Assembly (NCBI GenBank): GCA_963743855.1
Contig: CAVURK010000006.1
Coordinates: 106,382-170,381, forward strand
Origin: an uncultured Chloroflexia bacterium
Lineage (GTDB): Bacteria; Chloroflexota; Limnocylindria; Limnocylindrales; CSP1-4
Direction of reading: 5' to 3'
Length of the DNA stretch: 64,000 nucleotides
Positions 29,569 to 41,041 of the stretch are shown here, piece after piece (positions within the stretch are counted from its first letter, which is position 1; every line of letters begins with the position of its first letter). The notes under the pieces were generated by a model. The model had not been told where the DNA came from, did no database searches, and saw only the letters and a program-made list of their open reading frames with translations. The position numbers and the translations under genes are program-made.

Positions 29569-30550
29569 CCATCGAGCTGATCCAGGGCCTCCTCCTCGCC
29601 TTCGCCCTGATGGTCATCCTGATGTCGCCGTACATCCGGCTGCTCCACGCGCTCGGCTTCGGCAAGCGGATCCGCCAGGACGGCCCGGAGAGCCACTACA
29701 TCAAGGAAGGCACGCCCACGATGGGCGGCCTGCTGATCGTCGTGGTCGTCATCGGGATCTACTTCTTCCTCCGCGAGGGCCCCGGACGCGGCGACCTTCG
29801 CCCCGCTCGCGGCGCTGGCCGGCGTCGGGCGCGCTGGGCGCCTTCGACGACTACCTCAACGCCCGGACCGGGGAGGGGATCCGTGCCCGCCAGAAGCTGA
29901 TCTGGCTGACCGTCGTCGCCGTCGTCGCGGCCTGGCAGATCCAGCAGACCTACGACATCACGGCCATCGCGGTCCCGTTCGTCGGCGCGGTCTCGGTCGA
30001 CCCGCGGATCTACGTGCTGTTCGCCGCCTTCGCGATCGTCGCCGCGGCCAACGGCGTCAACATCACCGACGGCCTCGACGGGCTGTCGGGCGGGACGGTC
30101 GCCATCGCGTTCGTCGCCTACATGCTCATCGCGCTGCTCAACACGCCGGCCCAGCCGAACCTCGCGCTCCTGTGCGCGCTGATCATCGGTGCGCTGCTCG
30201 GGTTCCTGTGGTTCAACGTCCATCCCGGCGCAGATCTTCATCGGCGACTCCGGGGCGCTGTCGCTGGGTGCCACGCTGGCGGTCACCGCGCTGATCACCG
30301 GCCAGATCCTGGTCCTCCCGCTGATCGGGATCATCTTCGTCATCGAGACCGCGTCGGTCATCCTCCAGGTCTGCGTACTTCAAGGCTGTCCGGGGGCAAG
30401 CGGCTCTTCCGGATGAGCCCGATCCATCACCACTTCGAGCTCGGCGGCTGGGACGAGGAGAAGATCACGATCCGGTTCTGGATCGTCGGCATCCTCGCCG
30501 CGCTCCTCGGCGTGACGCTCTTCCTGGCCTCGGTGGATCGGCTGCGGTGA
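29565..30550 (+). CDS. mraY: Phospho-N-acetylmuramoyl-pentapeptide transferase MraY; at least 3 frameshifts
   Basis: [59 protein letters not shown]..., ...[15 protein letters not shown]..., ...[16 protein letters not shown]..., ...[25 protein letters not shown]... Confidence 0.8.
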
Positions 30551-32123
30551 CGACGATGACGACGACCGCGACCGATCGACCTCGACCGCCTGACGATCGA
30601 CGCGATCCGTGCCGGCGCTCTGCGCGACCGGCCGGTGACGGTCCTCGGCCTCGCTCGCAGCGGTCTGGCGCTGGCCCGCTTCCTGGCCGATGCCGGGGCG
30701 CGCGTGACGATCTACGACGGCCGGTCCGCGGACGAGCTGGGCGACGCGATCGCGGCCCTGGGTGGACGGCCCGTGAGCGCTTGCCCTCGGACCGGACGTC
30801 GATCCTGCGTCGACCTGGGCCGCGGCCGAGCTGGTCGCCACCTCGCCCTCGATCACGCCCGACTACCCGACGACCGAGCCACGTCTGCGCGGCGGCGCTC
30901 CGAGCCCTGGTCGATGCCCGCGCCGGCGGCGACACGACGGTCCCGGCGCTCGTGTCCGAGGCCGACCTCTTCCTGCGGCTCTGCCCGGCCCCGACGATCG
31001 GGGTCACCGGGACCAAGGGCAAGACGACGACCGTCATCGCTTGACCGCGGCGCTCCTGGCAGCCGACCCGGGCCATCCGGTCGTCCTCGGCGGGAACATC
31101 GGGATCCCGATCGTCGAGCGACTCCTCGAGCTGACGCCCGACCATCGCGTCGTCGACGAGCTGTCCGAGCTCCAGCTGCCGACGCTGTCGCGCGGGACGA
31201 CGGTCGCGGTCTACACGAACGTCACCTCGGACCATCTCGATCGGCACGGGTCGCTCGAGGGCTACCGGCGGGTCAAGCGCCGGCTGGCCGAGCTGGTCGA
31301 TCCGACCGGCGCGCTCGTCCTCAACGCCGAGGACCCGATCGTCGCAGGCTACGCGGGTCCGGAGGGCGTGCGGACCATCCGCTACCGCCGCGACAGCCCG
31401 GCGCCCGGCGGCCTCGGCGTGGTCGACGGCTGGATCGTGGCGGACGGCGTGGGGCGGCTGGCAGTGGCCGGCGGCGGACCCGCGACGGCGACGACCAGCG
31501 GCCGGATCATGCCGGTCGACGAGCTGGCGATCCCCGGCGCGCACAACGTCTCGAACGCCCTGGCCGCGATCGCGGTCGCGCTCCTCTTCGGCGTCGAGCC
31601 GGAGGCCATCCGAGCGGCCGGCGGCGGCGTTCCACGGGCGTCGAGCACCGGCTCGAGCCCGTCGCGCTCGATCGACGGTGTCCGGTTCGTCAACGATTCG
31701 CAGGGAACCCAGCCCGACGCCGTCATCGCGGCGCTGCGCGCGTTCGACGCCCCGATCGTCCTGATCGCCGGCGGCCGCGACAAGGGGATCGACCTGACCG
31801 ACCTCGCCCCGGTCGTCGCCGAACGGGCCGCCGCCGCGGTCCTCATCGGCGAGAGCGGCCCGACGCTCGAGAGCTCGTTCCGGGCGGCCGGGCTCACCCG
31901 CACGGCACGCGCCGCGACCCTCGAGGAGGCCGTCGCGGCGGCGGATGCGATCGCGCGCGACCTCCTGGCCGGCGACCACGACGGCCCGCGCCGGGCCACC
32001 GTCCTGCTCAGCCCGGCCGCCGCCAGCTTCGACATGTTCGTGGACTATGCCGCCCGCGGCCGGGCGTTCAAGGCAGCCGTCGCGGCGCTCGCCGCCACAC
32101 GAGCCAGGGAGGGGGACCGATGA
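30547..32123 (+). CDS. murD: UDP-N-acetylmuramoylalanine--D-glutamate ligase MurD; frameshifted (N-terminus in two frames plus one internal)
   Basis: ...RPVTVLGLARSGLALARFLADAGARVTIYDGR..., ...IGVTGTKGKTTTV (P-loop), then ORF 31041..32123 ...HPVVLGGNIGIPIV...NVTSDHLDRHGSLEGY...LLSPAAASFDMF...; the stop overlaps the ftsW ATG. Confidence 0.8.
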
Positions 32124-33431
32124 ACCTCGCGCCACCGATCCCACGCCTCGAGCGGCCGCGTCGCGAGCCGATCGCCAAGGGAGACGATCGGACGACGGCC
32201 AACCGGACGCCGGTCAAGAGCCGCGCCGGGGCCGTCCGCCGCGAGCGCCACCAGGCCGACTACGTGATCCTCGTGGTCGTCGTCGCCCTGACCGCGGTCG
32301 GGATCCTGATGGTCTACTCGTCGTCCGCGCTCAAGGGCTACCTGTCGCAGGACGCCGACACGTTCGCGACCGTCGGGCCGCAGATCCAGTGGGCGATCCT
32401 CGGCATCGTCGCGATGCTCCTGATGATGCGGGTCGACTACCGCTACCTGCGCCTCGTGTCGGTGCCGTTCTACCTGTTCGCCATCGTCCTGCTCGTGCTC
32501 GTCTTCGTCCCGAGCCTCAACATCGTCGTCGGCGGGTCGGCGCGCTGGCTCAAGCTCGGGCCGCTGCCGGCGATCCATCCGGCCGAGATCGCCAAGCTCG
32601 CCCTCGTCATCTACCTGGCCCACTGGTTCGCCAAGCGCGGGAGCGGCATCCGCGGCTTCTGGGGCGGGACCGTCCCGTTCCTGATCATCGTCACGCCGAT
32701 CCTCGTCCTCGTCTTCAAGGAGCCGGACCTGGGCACGACCGGGGTCATCACGCTCACCGCGTTCACGATGTTCTTCGTCGCCGGGGCGAACATCATGCAT
32801 CTCGCGGTCATGGCCGCCGGCGGAGCGATGGCGATGATCGTCGTCGGGCTGCGCGGCTACCAGATGCAGCGGATCCTGGTCTGGCAGGACCCCTGGCTCG
32901 ACCGTCTCGGCGCCGGCTTCCACACCGTCCAGGGGCTCCTGGCGCTCGGCGTCGGCGGACTGCTCGGGACGGGTCTCGGCGGGAGCCGGGTGTCGGTGCC
33001 CAACGCGTTCAACGACTTCATCTTCGCCGAGGTCGGCCAGGAGTTCGGGATGCTCGGGCGGGATCGTCGTGATCGCCCTGTTCCTCCTGCTGGCCTACTC
33101 GGGGATCCGCATCGCGCTGTCGGCGCCCGACACGTTCGGGGCGTTGCTCGCGGCCGGGATCACCGCCTGGATCTGTCTCCAGGCGTTCGTCAACATCGGG
33201 GTGGTCGTGGCGCTGCTGCCGATCACCGGGATCACCCTGCCGTTCATCAGCGCCGGCGGGTCATCCCTCATCATCAGCTTTGCCGCGATCGGGATCCTGT
33301 TATCGATCTCGCGCGAGACCGTGGAGAAGGGGACGTGGAACGACGATGCGATTGCTGATCGCGGCGGGCGGAACGGGCGGACACATCTACCCGGCGCTCG
33401 CCGTCGCCCGCTCGCTCGGCACGACGCCTGA
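32120..33431 (+). CDS. ftsW: Peptidoglycan glycosyltransferase FtsW (SEDS family); one frameshift near 33060; the annotated 3' end overlaps murG by 86 nt, so the true stop is probably earlier
   Basis: MNLAPPIPRLE...YVILVVVVALTAVGILMVYSSSAL...; C-part ...LLAYSGIRIALSAPDTFGALLAAGITAWICLQAFVNIGVVVALLPITGITLPFISAGGSSLII... Confidence 0.8.
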
Positions 33432-34507
33432 CGCCCCCGAGCTGCGCTGGCTCGGCGGCCATCGCGGTCTGGAGGCGACGCTCGTCCCGGCGGCGCACAT
33501 CCCCCTGCGCCGCCTCGCCGCACGCTCGCTCCGGACGACCGAGGCCGACGTCCACGCCGTCCTCGACCCGATCCGCCTCGGCCTGTCCGTCCCGCAGGCG
33601 ACGGCCATCCTGCTCGCGGAGCGACCGGCCGCGATCTTCACGACCGGCGGCTACGTCGCGGTCCCGGTCCTCATCGCCGCCGCCCCGCTCGGGATCCCGG
33701 TCGTGCTGTGGGACGGCAACGTGATCCCGGGCCGCGCGGTCCGTGCCACGGCCCGACTGGCTGCGGCGCTCGCCGTCTCGTTCGACGCGACGTGCCGGGC
33801 GCTGGCCGGCGCGGCACCGGGCCGGCCGTGCTACGTGACCGGCACGCCGATCCGCGACATCCGCGCCACCGACCGGGCGGCGGCCCGGCTGCGGATGGGG
33901 ATCGCGGACGATGAGCGGGTCCTGCTCATCTTCGGCGGCTCGCAGGCCGTCCGCCGGTTCAACGCCGCCGTGGCCGAGGCCCTGCCCCGGCTGGTCGAGC
34001 GGGTGACGGTCATCCACGTCACCGGCGACGACGGCTACGCGGCCGCCCTGGCCGGGCGCGAGGGCCTCCCCGAACCGATCCGGCAGCGCTATCGGCCGTA
34101 CCCGTTCCTGCGCGACGAGATGCTGGCCGCACTCGCGGCGGCCGACCTGGTCGTCGGGCCGGGCCGGCTCATCGACGCTCGCCGAGGTGACCGCGCTGGG
34201 CCTGCCGATGGTCGTCGTGCCGTATCCGCACGCCGCCGGCCACCAGCGGGCGAACGCCGCGAGCCTGGTCGCCGCCGGGGCCGCGCGCCTGGTCGATGAC
34301 GAGGCCTTCGACGCCGGGGCGCTCGTCGAGGCCGCTGGACTCCTCGACGACCCGGTCACGCACGCGGCGATGTCGGCCGCGGCCCGGGGCCTCGGCCGGC
34401 CCGGCGCGGCCGACGCCGTCGCGGAGCTCGTCCTCGCGGCGGCGGCCCGGCTGCCCTTTCCCGAGCCGACCGAGATCGAGCGCCGCGCCCGGGGCCAGGC
34501 GGCGTGA
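33346..34507 (+). CDS. murG: UDP-N-acetylglucosamine--N-acetylmuramyl-(pentapeptide) pyrophosphoryl-undecaprenol GlcNAc transferase MurG; one frameshift near 34170
   Basis: MRLLIAAGGTGGHIYPALAVA... (G-loop 1), ...ERVLLIFGGSQAVRRFN..., C-part ...LGLPMVVVPYPHAAGHQRANAASLV... Confidence 0.85.
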
Positions 34508-35468
34508 TCGCCGGCTTCGACGCGATCGCGACCGGGACGGACATCCAGCGCCGGATCGGCGTCAAGACGTCGCGCGACGAGCCGCTCGCCCGGTTCACGA
34601 CGATGCGGGTCGGCGGCCCGGCCGACCTGTTCGCCACGGTCCACAACGCCCACGAGCTGCGCGCCCTCGTCCGCTTCGCCCGGACCCGCGGACTGCCGCA
34701 TTTCGTGCTGGGGCGGGGGAGCGACCTGGTCATCGCCGACGCCGGGATCCGCGGCCTCGTCATCCAGGTCCGGGCCGAGGGATCGCGCACCGACGGCGAA
34801 CGCTACACGGCCGAGGCCGGCATGCAGATGGCCCGCGCCGCGACCGAGACCCAGCACGCCGGCCTGACCGGTCTCGAGTTCGGGCTGGCGATCCCGGGGA
34901 CGGTCGGCGGTGCCGTCTGGGCCAACGCCGGCGCCCACGACGCCGACATCGCGGCGGTCCTCGAGTCGGCCCGCGTCCTCGCGGCCGACGGGACCGAGAC
35001 GATCGTCCCGGCCGCCGAGCTCGGGCTGTCCTATCGCGACAGCCGGTTCAAGGCGTCCGACGACGGGGCGCCGCCCGAAACGCCGCGCGATGTCGTCGTC
35101 GACGCGACATTCCGGCTCGCCGCCGCCGACCCGGACGTGATCAAGGCGACGGCTCGACGAGATCCGGCACTGGCGACAGGCACATCAGCCGCTCGGGCTG
35201 CCGTCGGCCGGGAGCGTCTTCCGCAACCCGCCGGGCGACTCGGCCGGCCGGCTGATCGAGGCGGCCGGACTCAAGGGGCTGCGGATCGGCGGCGCGGTCG
35301 TCTCCGAGAAGCACGCCAACTTCATCGTCAACGACCAGAAGGGCCGGGCGGCCGACGTCCGCCGGCTGGGCGAGCGGGTCCGGGCCGAGGTCCTCGCCCG
35401 GCACGGGGTGACGCTGGCCTTCGAGATCGAGTTCGTCGGTGACTGGACCGGCTGGGAGGCGGCGCCAT
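34504..35468 (+). CDS. murB: UDP-N-acetylenolpyruvoylglucosamine reductase MurB; frameshift near 35190
   Basis: ...RFTTMRVGGPADLFATVHNAHEL...FVLGRGSDLVIAD..., C-part ...SVFRNPPGDSAGRLIEAAGLKGLRIGGAVVSEKHANFIVN...; GTG overlaps the murG stop. Confidence 0.8.
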
Positions 35469-36587
35469 GACCGAACGGCCGCCGATCGTGGTCCTGCTCG
35501 GCGGTCCGTCGGCCGAGCACGACGTCTCGATCGTGTCCGGGACCGCGATCGCCGCGGCACTGGCCGACGAGGGCTTCGCCGTCGAGCAGGTCCTGATCGA
35601 CCTCGACGGCGCGCTGGTGGTGGCTGCCCGCCGGACATCGGCGGGACGACCGGCCGGGCGCCGCCTACGACGACCCGCCGGCGCTCGGGGCGACGGGTCC
35701 GGTCACGCTCGGTGCGGCCATCGACCGCCTGGCGGCCGCGCGGCCCGCGCCGGTCGTGGTCATCGCTCTCCACGGTCCGTTCGGCGAGGACGGCACCGTC
35801 CAGGCACTCCTCGAGGCGGCCGGGCTGGCCTACACCGGCTCGGGCGTGGCCGCCTCGGCGATCGGGATGGACAAGACGATCTTCAAGCGGCTGTGCCGCG
35901 GGATCGGCCTGCCGGTCGTCGACTGGCGCGAGGTCCATGCCGCGCGCTGGGCGAACGACCCGGCCGCCGTTCGCGCCGAGCTGACGGCCTTCACCGCCGC
36001 GACGGGCGATCCGCGGCTGATGGTCAAGCCGGCCCGCCTCGGGAGCTCGGTCGGGATCACTCTCGTCCACGATCCATCCGAGCTCGACGCCGCGCTCGAG
36101 ACGGCGTTCCGACACGACACGCTGGCACTCGTCGAGACGTACCTGGCCGGCGCCCGCGACCTCGAGGTCTCGGTCATCGGCAACGGCCCGGGAGACCTCG
36201 AGCTGTACGGACCGGGCGAGATCATCTCGGGCCACGAGTTCTACGACTATGCCGCGAAGTACACGGCCGGCCTGTCCGAGACCTCGACCCGCGCCGAGGT
36301 CACCGATCGCCAGCGGGTGACGATGCAGAAGATCGCGCGCGACGCCTACCGGGCGATCGGCGCCGAGGGGTTCGCCCGCGTCGATTTCCTGCTGGCCGGC
36401 GAGACGATCATCCTGTCCGAGATCAACACGATCCCCGGGCTTCACGCCGATCAGCCTCTTCCCGACGATGCCGGCCGAGGGCGGCTACACGTTCGGCTCG
36501 GTCTGCACCCGGATCGTCGAGCTGGCGATCGAGCGTCACGCCGCCCGGGCCGGCCGGCGCCTGACCGCCGCGGACCTGCCGCGATGA
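35467..36587 (+). CDS. ddl: D-alanine--D-alanine ligase; frameshifted
   Basis: MTERPPIVVLLGGPSAEHDVSIVSGTAIAAAL... then ...VIALHGPFGEDGTVQALLEAAGLAYTGSGVAASAIGMDK...ARVDFLL...EINTIPG(F)T...; the ATG overlaps the murB stop. Confidence 0.8.
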
Positions 36588-37456
36588 ACGGACGCCCCGT
36601 CGCGCGACGGAGTCGTGCGCCACTCCCCGGACGCCGGTCACGGCCGGTCCGCCGGGCATCGGCCGGCCTGTCCGGGGCGCGCGCCGGTGCGGGCCTCGCG
36701 ATGCTCGTGACGGCTGCGGCGATCTACGGCGTCGGTGCCTCGTCGGCCTTCGACTACCGGACGCTCGAGGTCGCGGGCGCCCGTTACACGAACACGAGCG
36801 CGGTCGAGTCGGCGCTCGCGGTGGCGCGCGGCGAGAACCTGTTCGTGCTCTCGACCAAACCGCTGCTCGCCGCGCTCGACTCGCTCCCGACCGTCCGCGC
36901 GGCCCAGGTCGACGTCCGACTGCCGGGCACGCTGGCGGTCAGCATCGATGAGCGCGTCCCGGTCATGGTCTGGCAGGTCGGTGACCGCCGCTACCTCGCC
37001 GACGCGGACGGGACCCTGTTCGCCCTGATGCCCGCCCAGCCGCCGGCCGACGCCGCCGCGCTGCCGGTCATCGACGATCGGCGGATCGAGTCGATCAACC
37101 TCGATGTCGGCAAGAGCCTCGACCCGGTCGACCTCGACGCAGCGACCCGTCTGGCGTCGCTCGTCCCGGCCGACGTCGGCAGCTCCGCGGTCTCGCTGGG
37201 TGTCAGCGTCACCGACGCCAACGGCTTCGTGGTCGCGACGCGTCCGGGCGGCTGGTCCGCGGTCTTCGGGTTCTACACGCCGAGCCTGCGGACGACCGCG
37301 ATGATCCCCGACCAGGTCCGCCTTCTGCGCAGCCTGCTCGTCGGCCGCGAGCCCGAGGTCCAGCGCGTGATCCTCGCGTCGGGGACCGACGGGACATACA
37401 CGCCGCGAGCCACGCCTCCAGCGTCGCCATCGCCCAAGCCGAGCAAGGCGCGGTGA
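36584..37456 (+). CDS. ftsQ: Cell division protein FtsQ/DivIB (TM + POTRA)
   Basis: MNGRPVARRSR...GLAMLVTAAAIYGVGASSAFDYRTLEVAGARYTNTSAVESAL...VRAAQVDVRLPGTLAVSIDERVPVMVWQVGDRRYLADADG...; the ATG overlaps the ddl stop. Confidence 0.75.
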   Translation: MNGRPVARRSRAPLPGRRSRPVRRASAGLSGARAGAGLAMLVTAAAIYGVGASSAFDYRTLEVAGARYTNTSAVESALAVARGENLFVLSTKPLLAALDSLPTVRAAQVDVRLPGTLAVSIDERVPVMVWQVGDRRYLADADGTLFALMPAQPPADAAALPVIDDRRIESINLDVGKSLDPVDLDAATRLASLVPADVGSSAVSLGVSVTDANGFVVATRPGGWSAVFGFYTPSLRTTAMIPDQVRLLRSLLVGREPEVQRVILASGTDGTYTPRATPPASPSPKPSKAR

Positions 37457-37520
37457 GTTGGCGGAGCGGGTCGCCGTCGGGTAGCCTTGCCCAAACCATT
37501 GGAGCGAGGACGACCACCCC

Positions 37521-37844
37521 GTGCTGTTACCCCTGCTCGGACTCCTCGTGGGTGTCCTGCTGGGGCTCGTCCTCAACGTCAACGTCGGGTTCGAACTCAG
37601 TCGCTATTCGGCCGTGGCGATCCTCGCCGCGCTCGATTCGGTCCTCGGCGCAGTCCGGGCCGAGCTCGACGGGGTCTACGACAATCGGATCTTCATCAGC
37701 GGGTTCCTGGTCAATGCCATCGTCGCGGTGCTCCTGACGTTCATCGGTGATCGTCTCGGTCTCGACCTGTACCTGGTGGCTCTCATCACGTTCGGCCTGC
37801 GCATCTTCGATAACGTAGCTCTCATCCGGCGCCACTTCCTGTAA
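37521..37844 (+). CDS. sbp: Small basic protein Sbp (DUF1290), membrane
   Basis: MLLPLLGLLVGVLLGLVLNVNVGFELSRYSAVAILAALDSVLGAVRAELDGVYDNRIFISGFLVNAIVAVLLTFIGDRLGLDLYLVALITFGLRIFDNVALIRR is full-length similar to B. subtilis Sbp/YlxX, which sits between divIB and ftsA. Confidence 0.75.
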   Translation: MLLPLLGLLVGVLLGLVLNVNVGFELSRYSAVAILAALDSVLGAVRAELDGVYDNRIFISGFLVNAIVAVLLTFIGDRLGLDLYLVALITFGLRIFDNVALIRRHFL

Positions 37845-37895
37845 GACCGCGACAGCGTCAACCGCGACAGCCCTTTAACGGAGACGAACGGAACG

Positions 37896-39129
37896 GTGGA
37901 ACGAGAAGCGGTCCTGGTCGGCATCGACGTCGGCACGAGCAAGGTCTGTGCGCTCATCGGCGAGGTGAGTCGCGACGGCCGGCTGACGATCATGGGCCAC
38001 GGCACCGTGCCCGCGTCCGGGCTCAAGAAGGGCGTCGTCATCAACATCGACCAGACGGTCCGCTCGATCGCGGACGCGGTCGAGCGCGCCGAGCGGCTGT
38101 CGGGCTGGAAGATCGACCGTGCCTTCGTGGGCGTCGGCGGCCAGCACGTCGAGAGCCTCAACTCGCGCGGACAGGTGGCCGTCACCGCGCACCATCGCGA
38201 GGTCACCCGCGAGGACGTCAACCGTGCGATCGAGGTCGCCCGGGCCGTCTCGATCCCGTCCAACCGGGACGTCCTCCACGTCGAGCGGCGCGGCTTCACG
38301 GTCGACGGCCAGGAGGGGGTCAAGGATCCGCTCGGGATGAGCGCGCTGCGGCTCGAGGTCGAGACGCACATCGTCACGGCGTCGGCGACCGCGGTCCAGA
38401 ACCTGACCAAGTGCGTCGCCGCGGCCGGCGTCAAGATCGACGAGCTGGTCGTGGATTCGCTCGCCTCAGCCGAGGCCGTCCTGTCCGAGACCGAGAAGGA
38501 GCTCGGGGTGGCGGTCGCCGACATGGGCGCCGGCACGATCGACCTCGCGCTCTTCCAGGACGGCTCGCCGTTCCACACGCGGGTCCTGCCGGTCGGTGGC
38601 GCGAACGTCACCAACGACGTCGCGATCGGGCTCAAGACGAGCATCCAGGTCGCCGAGGAGCTCAAGATCAAGCACGGCACGTGCGACCTCCGCCAGATCA
38701 ACCGAGGACGAGCAGATCAGCGTCTCGGTCCTCGGCGAGGACGCCGGCCGGACGGTCAGCCGGCTCGAGGTGTCGCAGATCATCGAGGCGCGGATGCGCG
38801 AGACGTTCGAGCTGTTGCGCAACGAGATCCGGGCCGCCGGGGTCGGGATGCTCCCGGCCGGGGTGATCCTGACCGGTGGCGCGTCGCAGCTGTCGGGCGC
38901 CGCCGAGCTCGGCCGCGAGGTCCTCCAGATGCCGGTCCGGGTCGCGGCACCGGCGGGGATCGGCGGGTTGGTCGACACGCTCCTCAACCCGAGCTACAGC
39001 ACCGCGGTCGGTCTTCTCCAGTGGGGCGCCGCGTCGCTCTCCGCCGGCGAGCCGAACCGCTACGAATCGGCTCCGGTGGGCGGCGGGATCGGCCGGCTGC
39101 GGGACGCGATCCGGAACATCTTCCCGTAG
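37896..39129 (+). CDS. ftsA: Cell division protein FtsA; one frameshift near 38700
   Basis: VLVGIDVGTSKVCALIGEV... (actin-fold phosphate-1), ...DMGAGTIDLALFQDG..., C-part ...AGVILTGGASQLSGAAELGREVLQMPVRVAAP... Confidence 0.85.
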
Positions 39130-39542
39130 ACACGCTCGAGCTGACGGTCCGGACCGGTCGCGGTCGCGGGCTCGTGGACCTGACCGCCGACTGCGCACGG
39201 TTCGCCGCCGACGCGTCGGGCGGCGGGGACGGACTCCTGTCGATCTTCGTCCCGCATGCGACCGCGGGCCTGGTCGTGGTCGAGGTGGGTGCGGGCTCGG
39301 ACGAGGACCTGCTTGCCGCGCTCGACCGTCTCCTGCCGCGCGACGAGGGGCTCTACCGCCATCGCCATGGGTCGCCCGGCCACGGTGCGGATCACGTCCT
39401 GCCGCTTCTCGCCCCGCCGTCGCTGACCGTCCCGGTCGTCGCCGGACGGCTCGGGCTCGGGACGTGGCAGTCGATCTGCCTGCTCGATCCGAACGCCGAC
39501 AACGAGGTCCGGACCGTCCGTCTTGCGTTGATCCCGGGCTGA
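39129..39542 (+). CDS. yjbQ: YjbQ/UPF0047 family protein inserted between ftsA and ftsZ; no canonical start codon visible at its 5' end
   Basis: [27 protein letters not shown]...[17 protein letters not shown]...LLP...[19 protein letters not shown]...[15 protein letters not shown]...R.VRLALIPG matches the YjbQ signature; the frame is open straight from the ftsA stop. Confidence 0.6.
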   Translation, partial: DTLELTVRTGRGRGLVDLTADCARFAADASGGGDGLLSIFVPHATAGLVVVEVGAGSDEDLLAALDRLLPRDEGLYRHRHGSPGHGADHVLPLLAPPSLTVPVVAGRLGLGTWQSICLLDPNADNEVRTVRLALIPG

Positions 39543-39762
39543 CCGCGCATGGTGCCTCGGACCTGTCGCCGGCCGGTGCACCGGGGCACCACTCCGGGGC
39601 CGAAAAGAGGCCCGAACGGCGAGGTTGGGCCACCCACCGAGCCCCGTCGGGCGGTATACTCCCGCCAACCCAACGGACCCGCTCAGCACCGGGAAAGGCC
39701 ACCCGGGTCCACACGAGCCACCGTCGCGCAGAATCCCAACGTGGGTCGCTGAGGAGAGCCCG

Positions 39763-41010
39763 ATGCCGTTGCGTTCCGATTCCGAGAACTTCGCGCTGAT
39801 CCGCGTCATCGGCGTCGGCGGCGGAGGGAGCAACGCCGTCAACCGGATGATCCGGGCGGAGATGATGGGGGTCGAGTTCATCGCCCTCAACACCGACGCG
39901 CAGGCGCTGCTCCAGGCGGACGCACCGCACAAGATCCGGATCGGCGACAAGATCACCCGGGGCCTCGGGGCCGGCGGTGATTCGTCGATCGGACAACGCG
40001 CCGCGGAAGAGGACTCGGAGAAGATCAGCGCGGCGCTCGTCGACTCGGACATGGTCTTCATCACCGCGGGGCTCGGTGGCGGCACCGGCTCGGGCGCGGC
40101 CCCGGTGGTCGCCCAGATCGCCAAGGAGACAGGTGCGCTGACGATCGGCGTGGTGACCAAGCCGTTCACCTTCGAGGGCGCCAAGCGCAAGCTCGTGGCC
40201 GAGAAGGCCGCTGAAGAGCTCAAGGCGCAGGTCGACACCCTGATCACGATCCCCAACGACCGGCTGAAGGACGTCGTCCAGAAGGACACCAGCATCCTCG
40301 ACGCGTTCCGCGTCGTCGACGACGTCCTGCGCCAGGGCGTCCAGGGCATCAGCGACATCATCACCATGCCAGGACTCATCAATCTCGATTTCGCCGACGT
40401 CCGCGCGATCATGCGCGACGCGGGCTCCGCCCTCATGGGGATCGGCCGGGCGTCGGGCGAGAACCGCGCCGTCGAGGCGGCCCGCCAGGCCATCGCCAGC
40501 CCGTTGCTCGAGGTCGACATCGCCGGCGCCCAGGGCATCCTGTTCAACATCACCGGCTCGTCGACGCTCAGCCTGTTCGAGGTCACCGAGGCGGCCGAGG
40601 AGATCCGCGCCGCCGCCGATCCGGAGGCGAACATCATCTTCGGGACGAGCTTCAACGAGCGGCTCGGCGACGAGGTCATGATCACCGTCATCGCGACCGG
40701 CTTCGATGGTGGCAAGAAGCGCCACGTCAACCGTCACGAGGCGACCGCGGTGATGGACTCGAGTGCCACCGCCCGACCGTCCCGCGAGCGCGACTTCCTC
40801 GAGGAGCTCCAGCGCCAGCGCGAGGAAGTCGCCGACGGCGGCTCCTATCCGTCCTCGACCCCGACGTCGTCGCCGCTCGACGATCAGGCGGCCGCCGTGC
40901 TCGCGGCGCCTCGCGTCGAACGATCGGTCGGGGAGCCGACGCCGGCCAAGCGGTCGACCACGTACGACGCGGACGATCTCGAGATCCCGAGCTTCCTCCG
41001 CCGCAAGTGA
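39763..41010 (+). CDS. ftsZ: Cell division GTPase FtsZ (intact)
   Basis: [30 protein letters not shown]...[17 protein letters not shown]...[18 protein letters not shown] (tubulin signature)...; GAGGAG RBS. Confidence 0.93.
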   Translation: MPLRSDSENFALIRVIGVGGGGSNAVNRMIRAEMMGVEFIALNTDAQALLQADAPHKIRIGDKITRGLGAGGDSSIGQRAAEEDSEKISAALVDSDMVFITAGLGGGTGSGAAPVVAQIAKETGALTIGVVTKPFTFEGAKRKLVAEKAAEELKAQVDTLITIPNDRLKDVVQKDTSILDAFRVVDDVLRQGVQGISDIITMPGLINLDFADVRAIMRDAGSALMGIGRASGENRAVEAARQAIASPLLEVDIAGAQGILFNITGSSTLSLFEVTEAAEEIRAAADPEANIIFGTSFNERLGDEVMITVIATGFDGGKKRHVNRHEATAVMDSSATARPSRERDFLEELQRQREEVADGGSYPSSTPTSSPLDDQAAAVLAAPRVERSVGEPTPAKRSTTYDADDLEIPSFLRRK

Positions 41011-41041
41011 GCCAGGCCGGCGACCGGCCGGCCAGTCGCGC

